Origin: Eledone cirrhosa
Taxonomy: Eukaryota
Reading direction: 5' to 3'
DNA: 64,000 bases
Assembly (NCBI GenBank): GCA_964016885.1
Contig: OZ024741.1
Location: 12,648,001-12,712,000 of the forward strand
Shown here: one piece after another, positions 36,001-50,200 of the stretch
Layout: each line of letters starts with the position of its first letter
Position numbering within the stretch: position 1 is the stretch's first letter
Position numbers and translations under genes: made by a program
The notes under the pieces: generated by a model
The model's input: only the letters and a program-made list of their open reading frames with translations
The model's database searches: none
What the model was told of the DNA's origin: nothing

Positions 36001-38225
36001 TACTGTGTTACATAGACACATATATACTGAGTTACATATACACACATATACTGTGTTACATACACACACCTACCGAGATACATACACACACATCTACTAA
36101 GTTACATACACACATATCTACTGAGTTATATACACACATATACTGAGTTACATACACACACATCTACTGAGATACATACACACGCATCTACTGAGTTACG
36201 TATATACATCGACTGAGTTACATACACACATTTCTACTGAGTTACATATACACACATCTACTTTGTTACATACACACATATCTAGTGAGTTACATACACA
36301 TATCTATTGAGTTACATACACACATCTACTGTGTTACATACACATACATCTACTGAGTTACATACACACACGTCTACTGAGATACATACACATATATTTT
36401 GAGTTACATACACATATCTACTGAGTTACATACACACATCTACTCCGTTGCATATACACATATCTACTGAGTTACATACAACCCTCTACTGAGTTACATA
36501 CACACATCTACTGAGTTACATACACACATCTACTGAGTTACATACACACACATCTACTGAGTTACATATAGACACATCTACTGAGTTACATACACACATA
36601 TCAACTGAGTTACATACACACATATCTACTGAGTTACATACACATATCTACTGAGTTATATACACACACTTCTATTGAGTTACATATACACACATCTACA
36701 GAGTTACATACACACACATCTACTGAGATACATAAACACACATCTACTGAGTTACATACACATTTATATACTAAGTTACATACACACATCTACTGAGTTA
36801 CATACACACATCTACTGAGTTACATACACACATATCTACTGAATTACATATACACACATCTACTCAGTTACAAACACACATATCTACTGAGTTACACACA
36901 CACACATCTACTGAGTTACATACACCCATATTTACTGAGTTACATATTTACACATCTACTGAGTTACATACACACATCTACTGAGTTATATACACACACA
37001 TCTTCTGAGTTACATACTCACAACTACTGAGTTACACACACACACATCTCCTGAGTTACATACTCACAACTACTGAGTTACATACACACATATCTACTGA
37101 GTTACATACGTACATCTACTGATTTACATAGATACACATCCACTGAGTTACATACACACATCTACTGAGTTACATACACACCTCTAATGAGTTACATACA
37201 CACACATCTACTGAGTTACATATACACACATCTACTGTGTTACATACACATATATCTATTGAGTAACATACACACATCTACTGATTTACTTACACCCATC
37301 TATTGAGTTACATACACACCTATACTGAGTTACATACACACAGATCTACTGAGTTACATACACATATCTACCGAGTTACATACACACAGTCTACTGAGTT
37401 ACATACACACACATCTACTGAGTTACATATACACAACAACTGAGTTACATACACACAACTACTGAGTTATATACACACATTACTGAGTTCCATACACACA
37501 TATATACTAAGTTACATACACACACATCTACTGAGTTACATATGTACAACAACTGAGTTACGTACACACACATCTACTGAGCTACATACACACACATCTA
37601 CTGAGTTACATACACACATCTACTGAGTTACATACACACACATCTACTGAGGTAAATACACACACATCTACTGAGTTACATACTCACAACTACTGAGTTA
37701 CATACACACATCTACAGAGATACAAACACACACATCTACTGAGTTACATACAACCACATCTACTGAGTTACATACACACATAGCTACTGATGTATATACA
37801 CACATCTACTGAGTTACATACACACACATCTACTGAGTTACATACACATACATCTAGTGAGTTACATACACGCATCTACTGAGTTACATACACACATGTC
37901 TACTGAGTTACAACAACTGAGTTACATACACACAACTACTTAGTTACATACACACATCTACAGAGTTACATACACACACATCTACTACGTTACTTACACA
38001 CACATCTACTGAGTTACGTACACACGCATCTACTAAGATACATACACACACATCTACAGAGTTACATACATATATCTAATGTGTTACAGACACACTTTTC
38101 TACTGAGTTACATATACACACATCTACTGTGTTACATACACACATATCTAGTGAGTTACATACACACTCATCTACTGAGTTACATATACACAGCTACTGT
38201 GTTACATACATACATCTACTGAGTT
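1..38225. repeat. Satellite A: tandem array, consensus CATCTACTGAGTTACATACACACA (24 bp), with 18/20/22/26-bp variants from CA-number changes; roughly 1600-1700 monomers; runs off the left edge
   Basis: Continuous repetition of TCTACTGAGTTACATA(CA)n from base 1 to ...TACTGAGTT at 38225. The periodic ORF translations (HTHTSTEL, VCVCNSVD) reflect the 24-bp unit. Confidence 0.98.
15000..21780. repeat. Higher-order repeat (about 1546 bp, 4-4.5 copies) within satellite A
   Basis: The rare variant TCTCCCTAGTT occurs at 15833, 17379, 18925, 20377 and 21735 (spacings 1546, 1546, 1452, 1358). Identical ORFs start at 16188, 17734 and 19280, with a near-identical one at 20732. Boundaries are approximate. 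Confidence 0.9.
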
Positions 38226-38250
38226 CCGTGATTTAAACATTTTAGGAGAA
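38226..38250. other. 25-bp unique spacer at the satellite A/B junction
   Basis: CCGTGATTTAAACATTTTAGGAGAA matches neither monomer. Confidence 0.85.
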
Positions 38251-41200
38251 AGTCACGACCTGGGTTAGTAGTCATTACCTCGGTTAGTAGTCCTTACCTG
38301 GCTTAGTAGTCTCGACCTGGATTAGTAGTCAATACCTGGGTCAGTAGTTACTACCTGGGTTAGTAGTCAATACCTGGGTCAGTAGTCACGACCTGGGTTA
38401 GTAGTCACGACATGGGTTAGTAGTCACTCCCTGGATTACGAGTCATGACCTGGGTCAGTAGTCATGACTTGGGTTAGTAGTCACGACCTGGGGTAGTAGT
38501 CACGACCTGGGTTAGTATTCACGACCTGGGTCTGTAGTCACTACCTGGGTTAGTAGTCACGACCTGGGTTAGTAGTCCTACCTGGGTTAGTAGTCACGAC
38601 CTGGGTTACTAGACACGACCTGGGTTAGTAGTCACTAAATGGGTTAGTAGTCACGACCTGGTTTAGTATTCATGATCTGGGTTAGTAGTCACTACCTGGT
38701 TTAGTAGTCACGACTTGGATCAGTAGTCTCTACCTGGTTTAGTAGTTTTTACCTGGATCAGTAGTTACGACCTGGGTTAGTAGTCACTAGCTGGGTTAGT
38801 ATACACTACCTGGGTTAGTAGTCACGGCCTGGGTTAGTAGTCACTACCTGGGTCAGTAGTCACTAACTGGATTATTTTTCACGACTTTGGTTAGTAGTTA
38901 TTACCTGGGATAGTAGTCACTACCTGGGTTATTAGTCACTACCTGGGTCAGTAGTCACTACCTGGGTCAGTACTCACTACCTGGTTTAGTAGTCACGATC
39001 TGGGTTAGTAGTCATTACCTGGATTAGTAGTCATGACCTGGGTTGGTAGTTACGACCTGGGTTAGTAGTCACGACCTGAAATACTAGTCACGACCTGCGT
39101 TAGTAGTCACTACCAGGATTAGTTTCCACGACCTGGATCAGTAGTCACGACCTGGGTTAGTATTCATGTCCTGGGTTACTAGTCACTACCTGGGTTAGTA
39201 GTCAATACTTGGATTAGTATTCGCGACCTGGGTTAGTAGTCACGACATGGGTTAGTAGTCACTACCTGGGTTAGCAGACACGACCAGGGTTAGTAGTCAC
39301 GACGTGGGTTAGTAGTCACTACCTAGGTTAGTATTCATTACCAGGGTTATTAGTCACAACCTGGGTCAGTAGTCACTAGCTGGGTTAGTATTTACGACCT
39401 GGGTTAGTAATCAATACATGGGAACTTAGTTACTACCTGGGTTAGTAATCAATACCTGGGTCAAAAATCACGACCAGGGTTAATATTCACTACCTGGTTT
39501 AGTAGTCACTACATGGGTCAGTATTCACTACCTGGGTTAGTATTCACAACCTGGGTTAGTAGTTACGACCTGGTTTAGTAGTCACGACCTGGGTTAGTAG
39601 TCACGACCTGGGTTAGTAGTCACTAGCTGGGCTACTAGTCACGGCCTCGGTTAGTAGTCACGACCTGGCTTATTAGTCACGACCTGGGTCAGTAGTTATG
39701 ACCTGGGTTAGTAGTCACTACCTGGGTTAGTATTCACGACCTGGGTTAGTAGTCACGAGCTGGGCTAGTAGTCACTAGCTGGGTTACTAGTCATGGCCTG
39801 GGTAGAGTAGTCACGACCTGGGTTATGAGTCACGGCTTGGGTCAGTAGTCAAGACCTGGGTTAGTAGTCACGGCTTGGGTCAGTAGTCACGACCTGGGTT
39901 AGTAGTCACGACCTGGATTAGTAGTCACTACCTGGATTAGTAGTCACTACCTGGGTTAGTAGTTATTACCAGGGTTAGTATTCAGGACCTGGGTTAGTAG
40001 TCACTACCATGGTTAGTAATCATTATCTGGGTTAGCAGCTACGACCTGGGTTAGTAGTCATTACCTGGATTAATATTCATTACCTGCGTTAGTAGTCACT
40101 AACTGGGTCAGTAGTCACTACCTGGGTTATTAGTCATTACCTGGGTTAGTATTCTATACCTGGGTCAGTAATCACGACCTGGGTTACTAGTCACGACCTT
40201 AGTCAGTAGTCACGACCTGGGCTAGTGTTCACTACCTGGGTTACTAGACACGACCTGGTTTAGTAGTCACTACCTGGGTCAGTATTAACGACCTGGGTTA
40301 GTAGTCACGACATGGGTTAGTAGTCACTACCTGGGTCAGTAGTCACTACCTGGGTCAGTAGTCACTATCTGGGTTAGTATTCACTAACTGGTTTAGTAGT
40401 CACGACCTGGGTTAGTAGTCACTACCTGGGTTAGTAGTCAATAGCTGGGTCAGTAGCCACTACCTGGGTTAGTAGTCAATAGCTGGGTCAGTAGTCACGA
40501 CCTGGGTTAGTAGTCACTACCTGGGTTAGTAGTCAATAGCTGGGTCAGTAGCCACTACCTGGGTTAGTAGTCAATAGCTGGGTCAGTAGTCACGACCTGG
40601 GTTAGTAGTCACTACCTGGGTTAGTAGTCAATAGCTGGGTCAGTAGCCACTACCTGGGTTAGTAGTCACTAGCTGGGTTACTAATCAGTACCTGGGTTAG
40701 TAGTTACGACCTGGGCTAGTAGTAACGACCTGGGTTACTAGTCACTACCTGGATTCGTAATCACGACCTGGGTTAGTAGTCACTACCTGGGGTAGTAGTC
40801 AGGACCTGGGTTAGTATTCATTACTTCGGTTAGTAGTCACTACCGGCATTAATATTCTATACTCGGGTCAGTAATCACGACCTGGGTTAGTAGTCACAAC
40901 CTGGGTTAGTAGTCACGACATGGGTTACTAGTCATGACCAGGGTTAGTAGTCATTACCTGGGTTAGTATTTACGACCTGGGTTAGTAGTCACGACCTGGG
41001 TTAGTAGTCACTACTTGGATCAATAGTCACTACCTGGGTTAGTAGTCATTACCTGGGTTAGTACTCACTACCTGGCTTAGTATTTACTACCTGGGTTAGT
41101 AATCAATACCTGGGAAAGTAGTTAGTACCTGGGCTAGTAATCAATACTTGGGTTAGCATTCACGACCTGGGTTAGTAGTCACGACCTGGGTTAGTAGTCA

Positions 41201-44200
41201 TTACCTGTGTTAGTAGTCACGACCTGGGTTAGTAGTCATTACCTGTGTTAGTAGTCACGACCTGGGTTAGTAGTCACGACCCCGGTTAGTAGGAACTACC
41301 TGGATCAGTAATCATTACCTGGGTTAATAATCACTACCTGGGTTAGTAGACACTACCTGGGTTAGTAGACACTACCTGGCTTACTAGTCACGGCCTGGGT
41401 TAGTAGTCACTACCAGGGTTAGTAGTCACTACCTGGGTTAGTAGTCACTACCTGGCTTACTAGTCACGGCCTGGGTTAGTAGTCATGACCTGGGTTATTA
41501 ATCACTACCAGGGTTAGTAGTTATTACCAGGGTTAGTATTCACGAGCTGGTTAAGTAGTCACTACCTTGGTCAGTAGTCACGACCTGGGTTAGTAGTCAC
41601 TACCTGGCTTACTAGTCACGGCCTGGGTTAGTAGTCATGACCTGGGTTATTAATCACTACCAGGGTTAGTAGTTATTACCAGGGTCAGTAGTCACGACCT
41701 GGGTTAGTAGTCACTACCGGTTTAATATTCTATACCTGGGTCAGTAATCACGACCTGGGTTAGTAGTCACGACCTGGGTAAGTAGTCACGACATGGGTTA
41801 CTAGTCATGACCTGGGTTAGTAGTCATTACCTGGGTTAGTATTTACTACCTGGGTTAATAGTCACGAGCTGGGTTAGTAGTCACTACCTGGCATAGTAGT
41901 CACTACCTGGGTTAGTAGTCACTACCTGGATCAATAGTCACGACCTGGGTTAGTAGTCACTACCGGGATTAGTAGTCATTACCTGGATTAGTAGTCACTA
42001 CCTGGCTTAGTTGTCACGACGTGGGTTAGTATTCACTACCTGGTTTAGTAGACACCACCTGGGTCAGTAGTCACTACCTGGGTTAGTAGTCTTTACCTGG
42101 GTTAGTAGTAATTACCTGGGTTAGTAGTCATTACCTGGGTTAGTAGTCACTACCTGGGTTAGTAGTCACGATCTGGGTTAGTAGTCACGATCTGGGTTAG
42201 TAGTCACGATCTGGGTTAGTAGTCACTAGCTGGGTTAGTATTCACTACCTGGGTTAGTATTCACTACCTGGGTTAGTAGTTACGACCTGGGTTAGTAGTC
42301 ACGATCTGGGTTAGTAGTCACGATCTGGGTTAGTAGTCACGATCTGGGTTAGTAGTCACAATCTGGGTTAGTAGTCACTAGCTGGGTTAGTAGTCACGAT
42401 CTGGGTTAGTAGTCACGATCTGGGTTAGTAGTCACGATCTGGGTTAGTAGTCACTAGCTGGGTTAGTAGTCACTAGCTGGGTTAGTATTCACTACCTGGG
42501 TTAGTAGTTACGACCTGGGTTAGTAGTCACGATCTGGGTTAGTAGTCACGACCTGGGTTAGTAGTCACGATCTGGGTTGGTAGTCACGATCTGGGTTAGT
42601 AGTCACAATCTGGGTTAGTAGTCACTAGCTGGGTTAGTAGTCACTAGCTGGGTTAGTATTCACTACCTGGGTTAGTAGTTACGACCTGGGTTACTAGTCA
42701 CGACCTGGGTCAGTAGTCACTACCTGGGTCAGGATTCACGACATGGGTTAATAGTCACTACCTGGGTCAGTAGACACTACCTGGGTTATTAGTCATTACC
42801 TGGGTTAGTATCACAACCTGGGTTAGTAGTCACTACCAGGATCATTAATCACTACCTGGGTTACTAGTCGCTATCTAGGTTCGTAATCACTACCTGGGTT
42901 AGTAGACACTACCTGGATTAGTAGTCACTACCTGGGTTATTAGTCATTACCTGGGTTAGTAATCACTACCTGGGTTATTAATCATTACCTGGGTTAGTAG
43001 TTACTACCTGGGTTAGTATCACGAGCAGGCTTAGTAATCACGACCTGGGTTTGTATTCATTACCTGGATTATTAGTCATTACCTGTATTAGTAGTTACTA
43101 CCTGGGTTAGTAGTTACGAGCTAGGTTAGTAGTCATAACCTCGGTTAGTAGGAACTACCTGGATCAGTAATCACTAGCTCGTGTAATAATCACTACCTGA
43201 GTTAGTAGTCACTACCTGGGTTATTAGTCACTACCTGGGTTACTCGTCACGGACTGGGTTAGTAGTCACTACCTGCATCAGTAGTAACTACCTGGGTTAG
43301 TAGTCACTACTTGGGTTAGCAGTCACGACCTCGGTTAGTAGTCACTACCTGGGTTAGTAGTCACTACCTGGGTTAGTAGTTACTACCTGGGTTAGCAGTC
43401 ACGACCTGGGTTAGTAGTCACTACCTGCATCAGTAGTAACTACCTGGGTTAGTAGTCACTACCTGGGTTAGCAGTCACGACCTCGGTTAGTAGTCACTAC
43501 CTGGGTTAGTAGTCACTACCTGGGTTAGTAGTTACTACCTGGGTTAGCAGTCACGACCTGGGTTAGTAGTCACTACCTGGATTATTAGTCATTACCTGGG
43601 TTAGTAGTCACTACCTGGGTCAGTAGTCACGACCTGGATAAGTAGTCACTACCGGGGTTATTATTCCATACCTGGGTCAGTAATCACCACCTGGGTTAGT
43701 AGTCACGACCTGGGTTACAAGATGCGTCCTGTAGCTGTATTCACGCACCTTGGTTAGTAGTAAATACCTCTGTTAGTAGTCACGAACTGGGTTAGTAGTC
43801 ACTGCCTGGGTTAGTAGTCACGACCTGGGTCAGTAGTCACTCTCTGGGTTAGTAGACACTACCTGGGTTAGTAGACACTACCTGGGTTACAAGATGCGAC
43901 CTGTAGCTGTATTCACGCACCTTGGTTAGTAGTAAATACCTCTGTTAGTAGTCACGAACTGGGTTAGTAGACACTACCTGGGTTAGTAGTCACGACCTGG
44001 GTCAGTAGTCACTAACTGGGTTAGTAGACACTACCTGGGTTAGTAGACACTACCTGGGTTAGCATTCACTGCAAGGGTTAGTAATCACTACATGGGTTAG
44101 CAGTCACGACCTGGGTTAGTAGTCTCGACCTGGGTTAGTAGTCACTACCTGGGTTAGTAGTCAATACCTGGGTTAGTAGTCAATACCTGGGTTAGTAGAC

Positions 44201-47200
44201 ACTACCTGGGTTACAAGATGCGACCTGTAGCTGTATTCACGCACCTTGGTTAGTAGTAAATACCTCTGTTAGTAGTCACGAACTGGGTTAGTAGACACTA
44301 CCTGGGTTAGTAGTCACGACCTGGGTCAGTAGTCACTCTCTGGGTGAGTATTCACTAACTGGGTTAGTAGACACTACCTGGGTTAGCATTCACTGCAAGG
44401 GTTAGTAATCACTACATGGGTTAGCAGTCACGACCTGGGTTAGTAGTCTCGACCTGGGTTAGTAGTCACTACCTGGGTTAGTAGTCACGACCTGGGTCAG
44501 TAGTCACTCTCTGGGTGAGTATTCACTAACTGGGTTAGTAGACACTACCTGGGTTAGCATTCACTGCAAGGGTTAGTAATCACTACATGGGTTAGCAGTC
44601 ACGACCTGGGTTAGTAGTCTCGACCTGGGTTAGTAGTCACTACCTGGGTTAGTAGTCAATACCTGGGTTAGTAGTCAATACCTGGGTTAGAAGTTACTAC
44701 CAGGGTTAGTATTCACGACCTGCGTTAGTAGTCACTACATGGGTCAGTAGTCACTACCTGGGTTATTAGTCATTACCTGGGTTAGTATCACTACCTGGGT
44801 TAGTAGTCATTTCCTGGATCAGTAGTCACGACCTGGGTTAGTATTCACTACCTGGGTTAGTAGTCACTACCAGGGTTAATAGTCACTACCTGGGTTAGTA
44901 ATCACGACCTGGGTTAGTAGTTACTGCCTGGGTTAGTAGTCACTACCTGGCTTAGTATTCACTACCTGGGTTAGTAGTCACTAGCTGGCTTAGTATTCAC
45001 TACCTGGGTTAGTAGTCACTACCTAGGTTAGTAGTAACTACCTAGGTTAGTAGTAACTACCTAGGTTAGTAGTCAATACCTGGGTTAGTATTCACGACAT
45101 GGGTTAGTAGTCACGACCTAGGTTAGTAGACATTACCTGGGTTAGTATTCACGACATGGTTTAGTAGTCACGACCTAGGTTAGTAGTCAATACCTGGGTT
45201 AGTATTCACGACATGGGTTAGTAGTCACGACCTGGGTTAGTAGCCACGATCTGGGTTAGTAGACACCACCTGGGTTAGTAGTCACTACCTGGGTTACTAG
45301 TCTCGGCCTGGGTTACTAGTCACCACCTGGGTTAGTAGTCACTACCTGTGTGAGTAGTCACGCCCTGGGTTAGTAGTCACGACTTGGGTCAATAGTCACG
45401 ACCTGGATGAGTAGTAACGACCTGGGTTACTAGTCAGGATCTGGGTTACTATTCACTACCTGGGTTAGTAGACACTACCTGGGTTAGTATTCATTACCTG
45501 GGTTAGTAGTTACGACCTGGGTTACTAGTCACGACCTGGGTCAGTAGTCACTACCTGGGTCAGGATTCACGACATGGGTTAATAGTCACTACCTGGGTCA
45601 GTAGACACTACCTGGGTTATTAGTCATTACCTGGGTTAGTATCACAACCTGGGTTAGTAGTCACTACCAGGATCATTAATCACTACCTGGGTTACTAGTC
45701 GCTATCTAGGTTCGTAATCACTACCTGGGTTAGTAGACACTACCTGGATTAGTAGTCACTACCTGGGTTATTAATCATTACCTGGGTTAGTAGTTACTAC
45801 CTGGGTTAGTATCACGAGCAGGCTTAGTAATCACGACCTGGGTTTGTATTCATTACCTGGATTATTAGTCATTACCTGTGTTAGTAGTTACTACCTGGGT
45901 TAGTAGTTACGAGCTGGGTTAGTAGTCATAACCTCGGTTAGTAGGAACTACCTGGATCAGTAATCACTAGCTCGTGTAATAATCACTACCTGGGTTAGTA
46001 GTCACTACCTGGGTTAGTAGTCACTACCTGGGTTATTAGTCACTACCTGGGTTACTAGTCACGGACTGGGTTAGTAGTCACGACCTGGGTTATTAGTCAC
46101 TACCTGGGTTAGTTGTCACTACCTGGGTTAGTAGTTACTACCTGGGTTAGCAGTCACGAACTGGATTAGTAATCACTACCTGGGTTAGTAGTCACTACCT
46201 GGGTTAGTAGTTACTACCTGGGTTAGCAGTCACGACCTGGGTTAGTAGTCACTACCTGGATTATTAGTCATTACCTGGGTTAGTAGTCACTACCTGGGTC
46301 AGTAGTCACGACCTGGATAAGTAGTCACTACCGGGGTTATTATTCCATACCTGGGTCAGTAATCACCACCTGGGTTAGTAGTCACTCTCTGGGTTAGTAG
46401 ACACTACCTGGGTTAGTAGTCACGACCTGGGTTACAAGATGCGTCCTGTAGCTGTATTCACGCACCTTGGTTAGTAGTAAATACCTCTGTTAGTAGTCAC
46501 TGCCTGGGTTAGTAGTCACGACCTGGGTCAGTAGTCACTCTCTGGGTGAGTATTCACTAACTGGGTTAGTAGACACTACCTGGGTTAGCATTCACTGCAA
46601 GGGTTAGTAATCACTACATGGGTTAGCAGTCACGACCTGGGTTAGTAGTCTCGACCTGGGTTAGTAGTCACTACCTGGGTTAGTAGTCAATACCTGGGTT
46701 AGTAGTCAATACCTGGGTTAGAAGTTACTACCAGGGTTAGTATTCACGACCTGCGTTAGTAGTCACTACATGGGTCAGTAGTCACTACCTGGGTTATTAG
46801 TCATTACCTGGGTTAGTATCACTACCTGGGTTAGTAGTCACTACCTGCATCAGTAGTAACTACCTGGGTTAGTAGTCACTACCTGGGTTAGCAGTCACGA
46901 CCTCGGTTAGTAGTCACTACCTGGATTAATAGTCATTACCTTGGTTAGTAGTCGCTACCTGGGTCAGTAATCACGACCTGGTTTAGTAGTCACTACCGGG
47001 GTTAGTATTCTATACCTGGGTCACTAATCACGACCTGGGTTAGTAGTCACGACCTGGGTTAGTAGTCACGTACTGGGTTACTAGTCACGACCTGTGTTAG
47101 TAGTCACGACCTGGGCTAATATTCACTACCTGGGTTACTAGACGCGACCTGGGTTAGTAGTCACTAACTGGGACAGTATTCACGACCTGGGTTAGTAGTC

Positions 47201-50200
47201 ACTACATCTGTTAGTAGTCACGATCTGGGTTAGTAGTCACTACCTGGGTTATTAGTCATTACCTGGATTAGTAGTTACTACCTGGGTTAGTAGTCACGAG
47301 CTGGGTTAGTAGTCACTACCAGGATCAGTAATCACTACCTGGGTTAATAGTCACTACCTGGGTTAGTAGTCACTACCTGGGTTACTAGTCTCGGCCTGGG
47401 TTAGTAATCACTACCTGGGTTAGTAGTCACTACCTGGGTTAGTAGTCACGAGCTGGGTTAGTAGTCACTACCAGGATCAGTAATCACTACCTGGGTTAAT
47501 AGTCACTACCTGGGTTAATAGTCACTACCTGGGTTAGTAGTCACTACCTGGGTTAGTAATCACTACCTGGGTTAGTAGTCACTACCTGGGTTAGTAGTCA
47601 TTACCTGGATTAGTAGTCACTACCTGGGTTAGTAGACACGACCCGGGTTAGTAGTCACTACCTGGATCAGTATTCATGACCTGGGTTAGCAGTCACTACC
47701 TGGGATAGTAGTCACTCCCTCGGTTAGTAGTCACCACCTGGGTTAGTATGGACTACCTGGGTTACTAGACACGACCTGGGTTAGTAATCACTACCTCGGT
47801 CAGTATTCAGGACCTGGGTTAGTAGTCACGACCTCGTTTAGTAGTCAATGCCTTGATTAGTAGTCACGACCTGGGACATTACTTACTACCTGAATCAGTA
47901 GTCACTATCTGGGTTAGTATTCACTACCTGGGTTAGTAGACACTACCTGGGTCAGTATTCTCTACCAGTGTTAGTAGTCACTACCTGGGCTAGTAGTCAC
48001 GACCTGGGTTAGTATTCATTACCTGGGTTAGTATTCACGACCTTGGTTAGTAGTCACTACCTGGGTTAGTAGTCACGACCTGGGTTAGTGGTCACTAACT
48101 GGGTTAGTTATCACTACCTGGGTTAGTAGTCATATTCTGGGTAAGTAGTCACGACCTGGTTTAGTAGACATTACCTTGGTTAGTAGTCACTACCTCGGTT
48201 AGTAGTCACTACCTGGGTCAGTAGTCACTACCTTGGTTATTAGACATTATCAGCTTTAGTTACCGGGGTTAGTATTCTATACCTGGGTCAGTAATCACGA
48301 CCTGGGTTAGTAGTCACGACCTGGGTCAGTAGTCACTACCTGGGTTATTAGTCATTACCTGGGTTAGTATCACAACCTGGGTTAGTACTCACAACCGGGG
48401 TTAGTACTCACGACCTGGGTTATTAGTTAGTACCTGCGTTAGTAGTCACGACCTGGATCAGTAGTCACGACCTGGGTTAGTAGTCCCGACCTGGATCAGT
48501 AGTCACTACCTGGGTGAGTAGTCATTACCTGGATCAGTAGTCACGACCTGGGTTAGTATTCACTACCAGGGTTAATAGTCACTACCTGGGTTAGTAATCA
48601 CGACCTGGGTTAGTAGTTACTGCCTGGGTTAGTAGTCACTACCTGGCTTAGTATTCACTACCTGGGTTAGTAGTCACTACCTAGGTTAGTAGTAACTACC
48701 TAGGTTAGTAGTAACTACCTAGGTTAGTAGTCAATACCTGGGTTAGTATTCACGACATGGGTTAGTAGTCACGACCTAGGTTAGTAGACATTACCTGGGT
48801 TAGTATTCACGACAAGGGTTAGTAGTCACGACCTGGGTTAGTAGCCACGATCTGGGTTAGTAGACACCACCTGGGTTAGTAGTCACTACCTGGGTTACTA
48901 GTCTCGGCCTGGGTTAGTAGTCACCACCTGGGTTAGTAGTCACTACCTGGGTTAGTAGTCACTACCTGTGTGAGTAGTCACGCCCTGGGTTAGTAGTCAC
49001 GCCCTGGGTTAGTAGTCACGACTTGGGTCAATAGTCACGACCTGGGTGAGTAGTAACGACCTGGGTTACTAGTCAGGATCTGGGTTACTATTCACTACCT
49101 GGGTTAGTAGACACTACCTGGGTTAGTATTCATTACCTGGGTTAGTAGTCACTACCTGGGTTAGTAGTCACTACCTGGGTTAGTAGTTACTACTTGAATC
49201 AGTAGTCACTACCTGGGTTAGTAGTCACTACCTGGGTTAGTAGACACGACCTGGGTTAGTAGTCACGACGTGGGTTAGTAGTTACTACATGGGTTAATAG
49301 TGATTACCTGGGTTTGTAGTCACTACCTGGGTTAGTAGTCACGACCTGGGTTAGTAGTAACTACCTGTGTTACTAGTCACGGCCTGGGTTAGTATTCACG
49401 ACCTGGGTTATTAGTCACGGCCTGGGACAGTAGTGACGACCTGGGTTAATAGTCACTACCTGGGTTAGTAGTCACGACCTTGCTTAGTATTCACTACCTG
49501 TGTTAGTAGTCAGGACCTGGTTAGGTAGTCACGACCTGGGTTAGTAATCACTACCTGTCTTACTAGTCTCGACCTGGTTTAATAGTCACAACCTGGGTTA
49601 GTAGTCCCTTCCTGGGTCAGTAGCCACTATCTGGGTTAGTATACATTACCTGGGTTAGTAGTCACGATCTGGATTAGTAGTCATTACCTGCGTTAGTAGT
49701 CATTTGCTGGGTTAATAGTCACGACCTGGGTTAGTAGTCACGACCTGGGTTACTAGTCACTACCTGGGTTAGTATTCATTACCTTTGTGAGTAGTCACTA
49801 CCTGGGTTAGTAGTGACGACCACGTTTAGTAGTCACTACCTGGGTTTGTAGTAACTACCTGGGTCAGTAGTCACGACCTGTGTCAGTAGTCACGACCTGG
49901 GTCAGTAGTCACGACCTGTGTCAGTAGTCACGACCTGGGTCATTAGTCACTATCTGGCTTACTATTCAGTACCAGGGTTAGCAGACATTACCTGGGTTAG
50001 TATTCACTACCTGGGTTAGTAGACACGACCTGGGTTAGTATTCATTACCTGGGTTAGTATTCACGACCTGGGCTAGTATTCACTACTTGGGTTACTAGAC
50101 AAGACCTGGGTTACTAGTCACCACCTGGGTTAGTATCACAACCTGGGTTAGTAGTCACTACCAGCATCAGTAGTCACTACCTGTGTTTGTAGACACTAAC

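Noticed and set aside
391-36100. Many Cys/Val-rich or His/Thr-rich ORFs (VCVCNSVD, HTHTSTEL) resembling metallothionein or antifreeze repeats
   Set aside because: They are translations of runs of 24-bp satellite monomers and break wherever a 22-bp monomer occurs; there is no gene structure.
1-38225. AP-1 (TGAGTCA) or bZIP-like (GTTACATA) site clusters, or a hammerhead core in CTGAGTT
   Set aside because: These short motifs are incidental to the monomer with no functional evidence. CTGAGTT does not fit CUGANGA and there is no GAAA partner.
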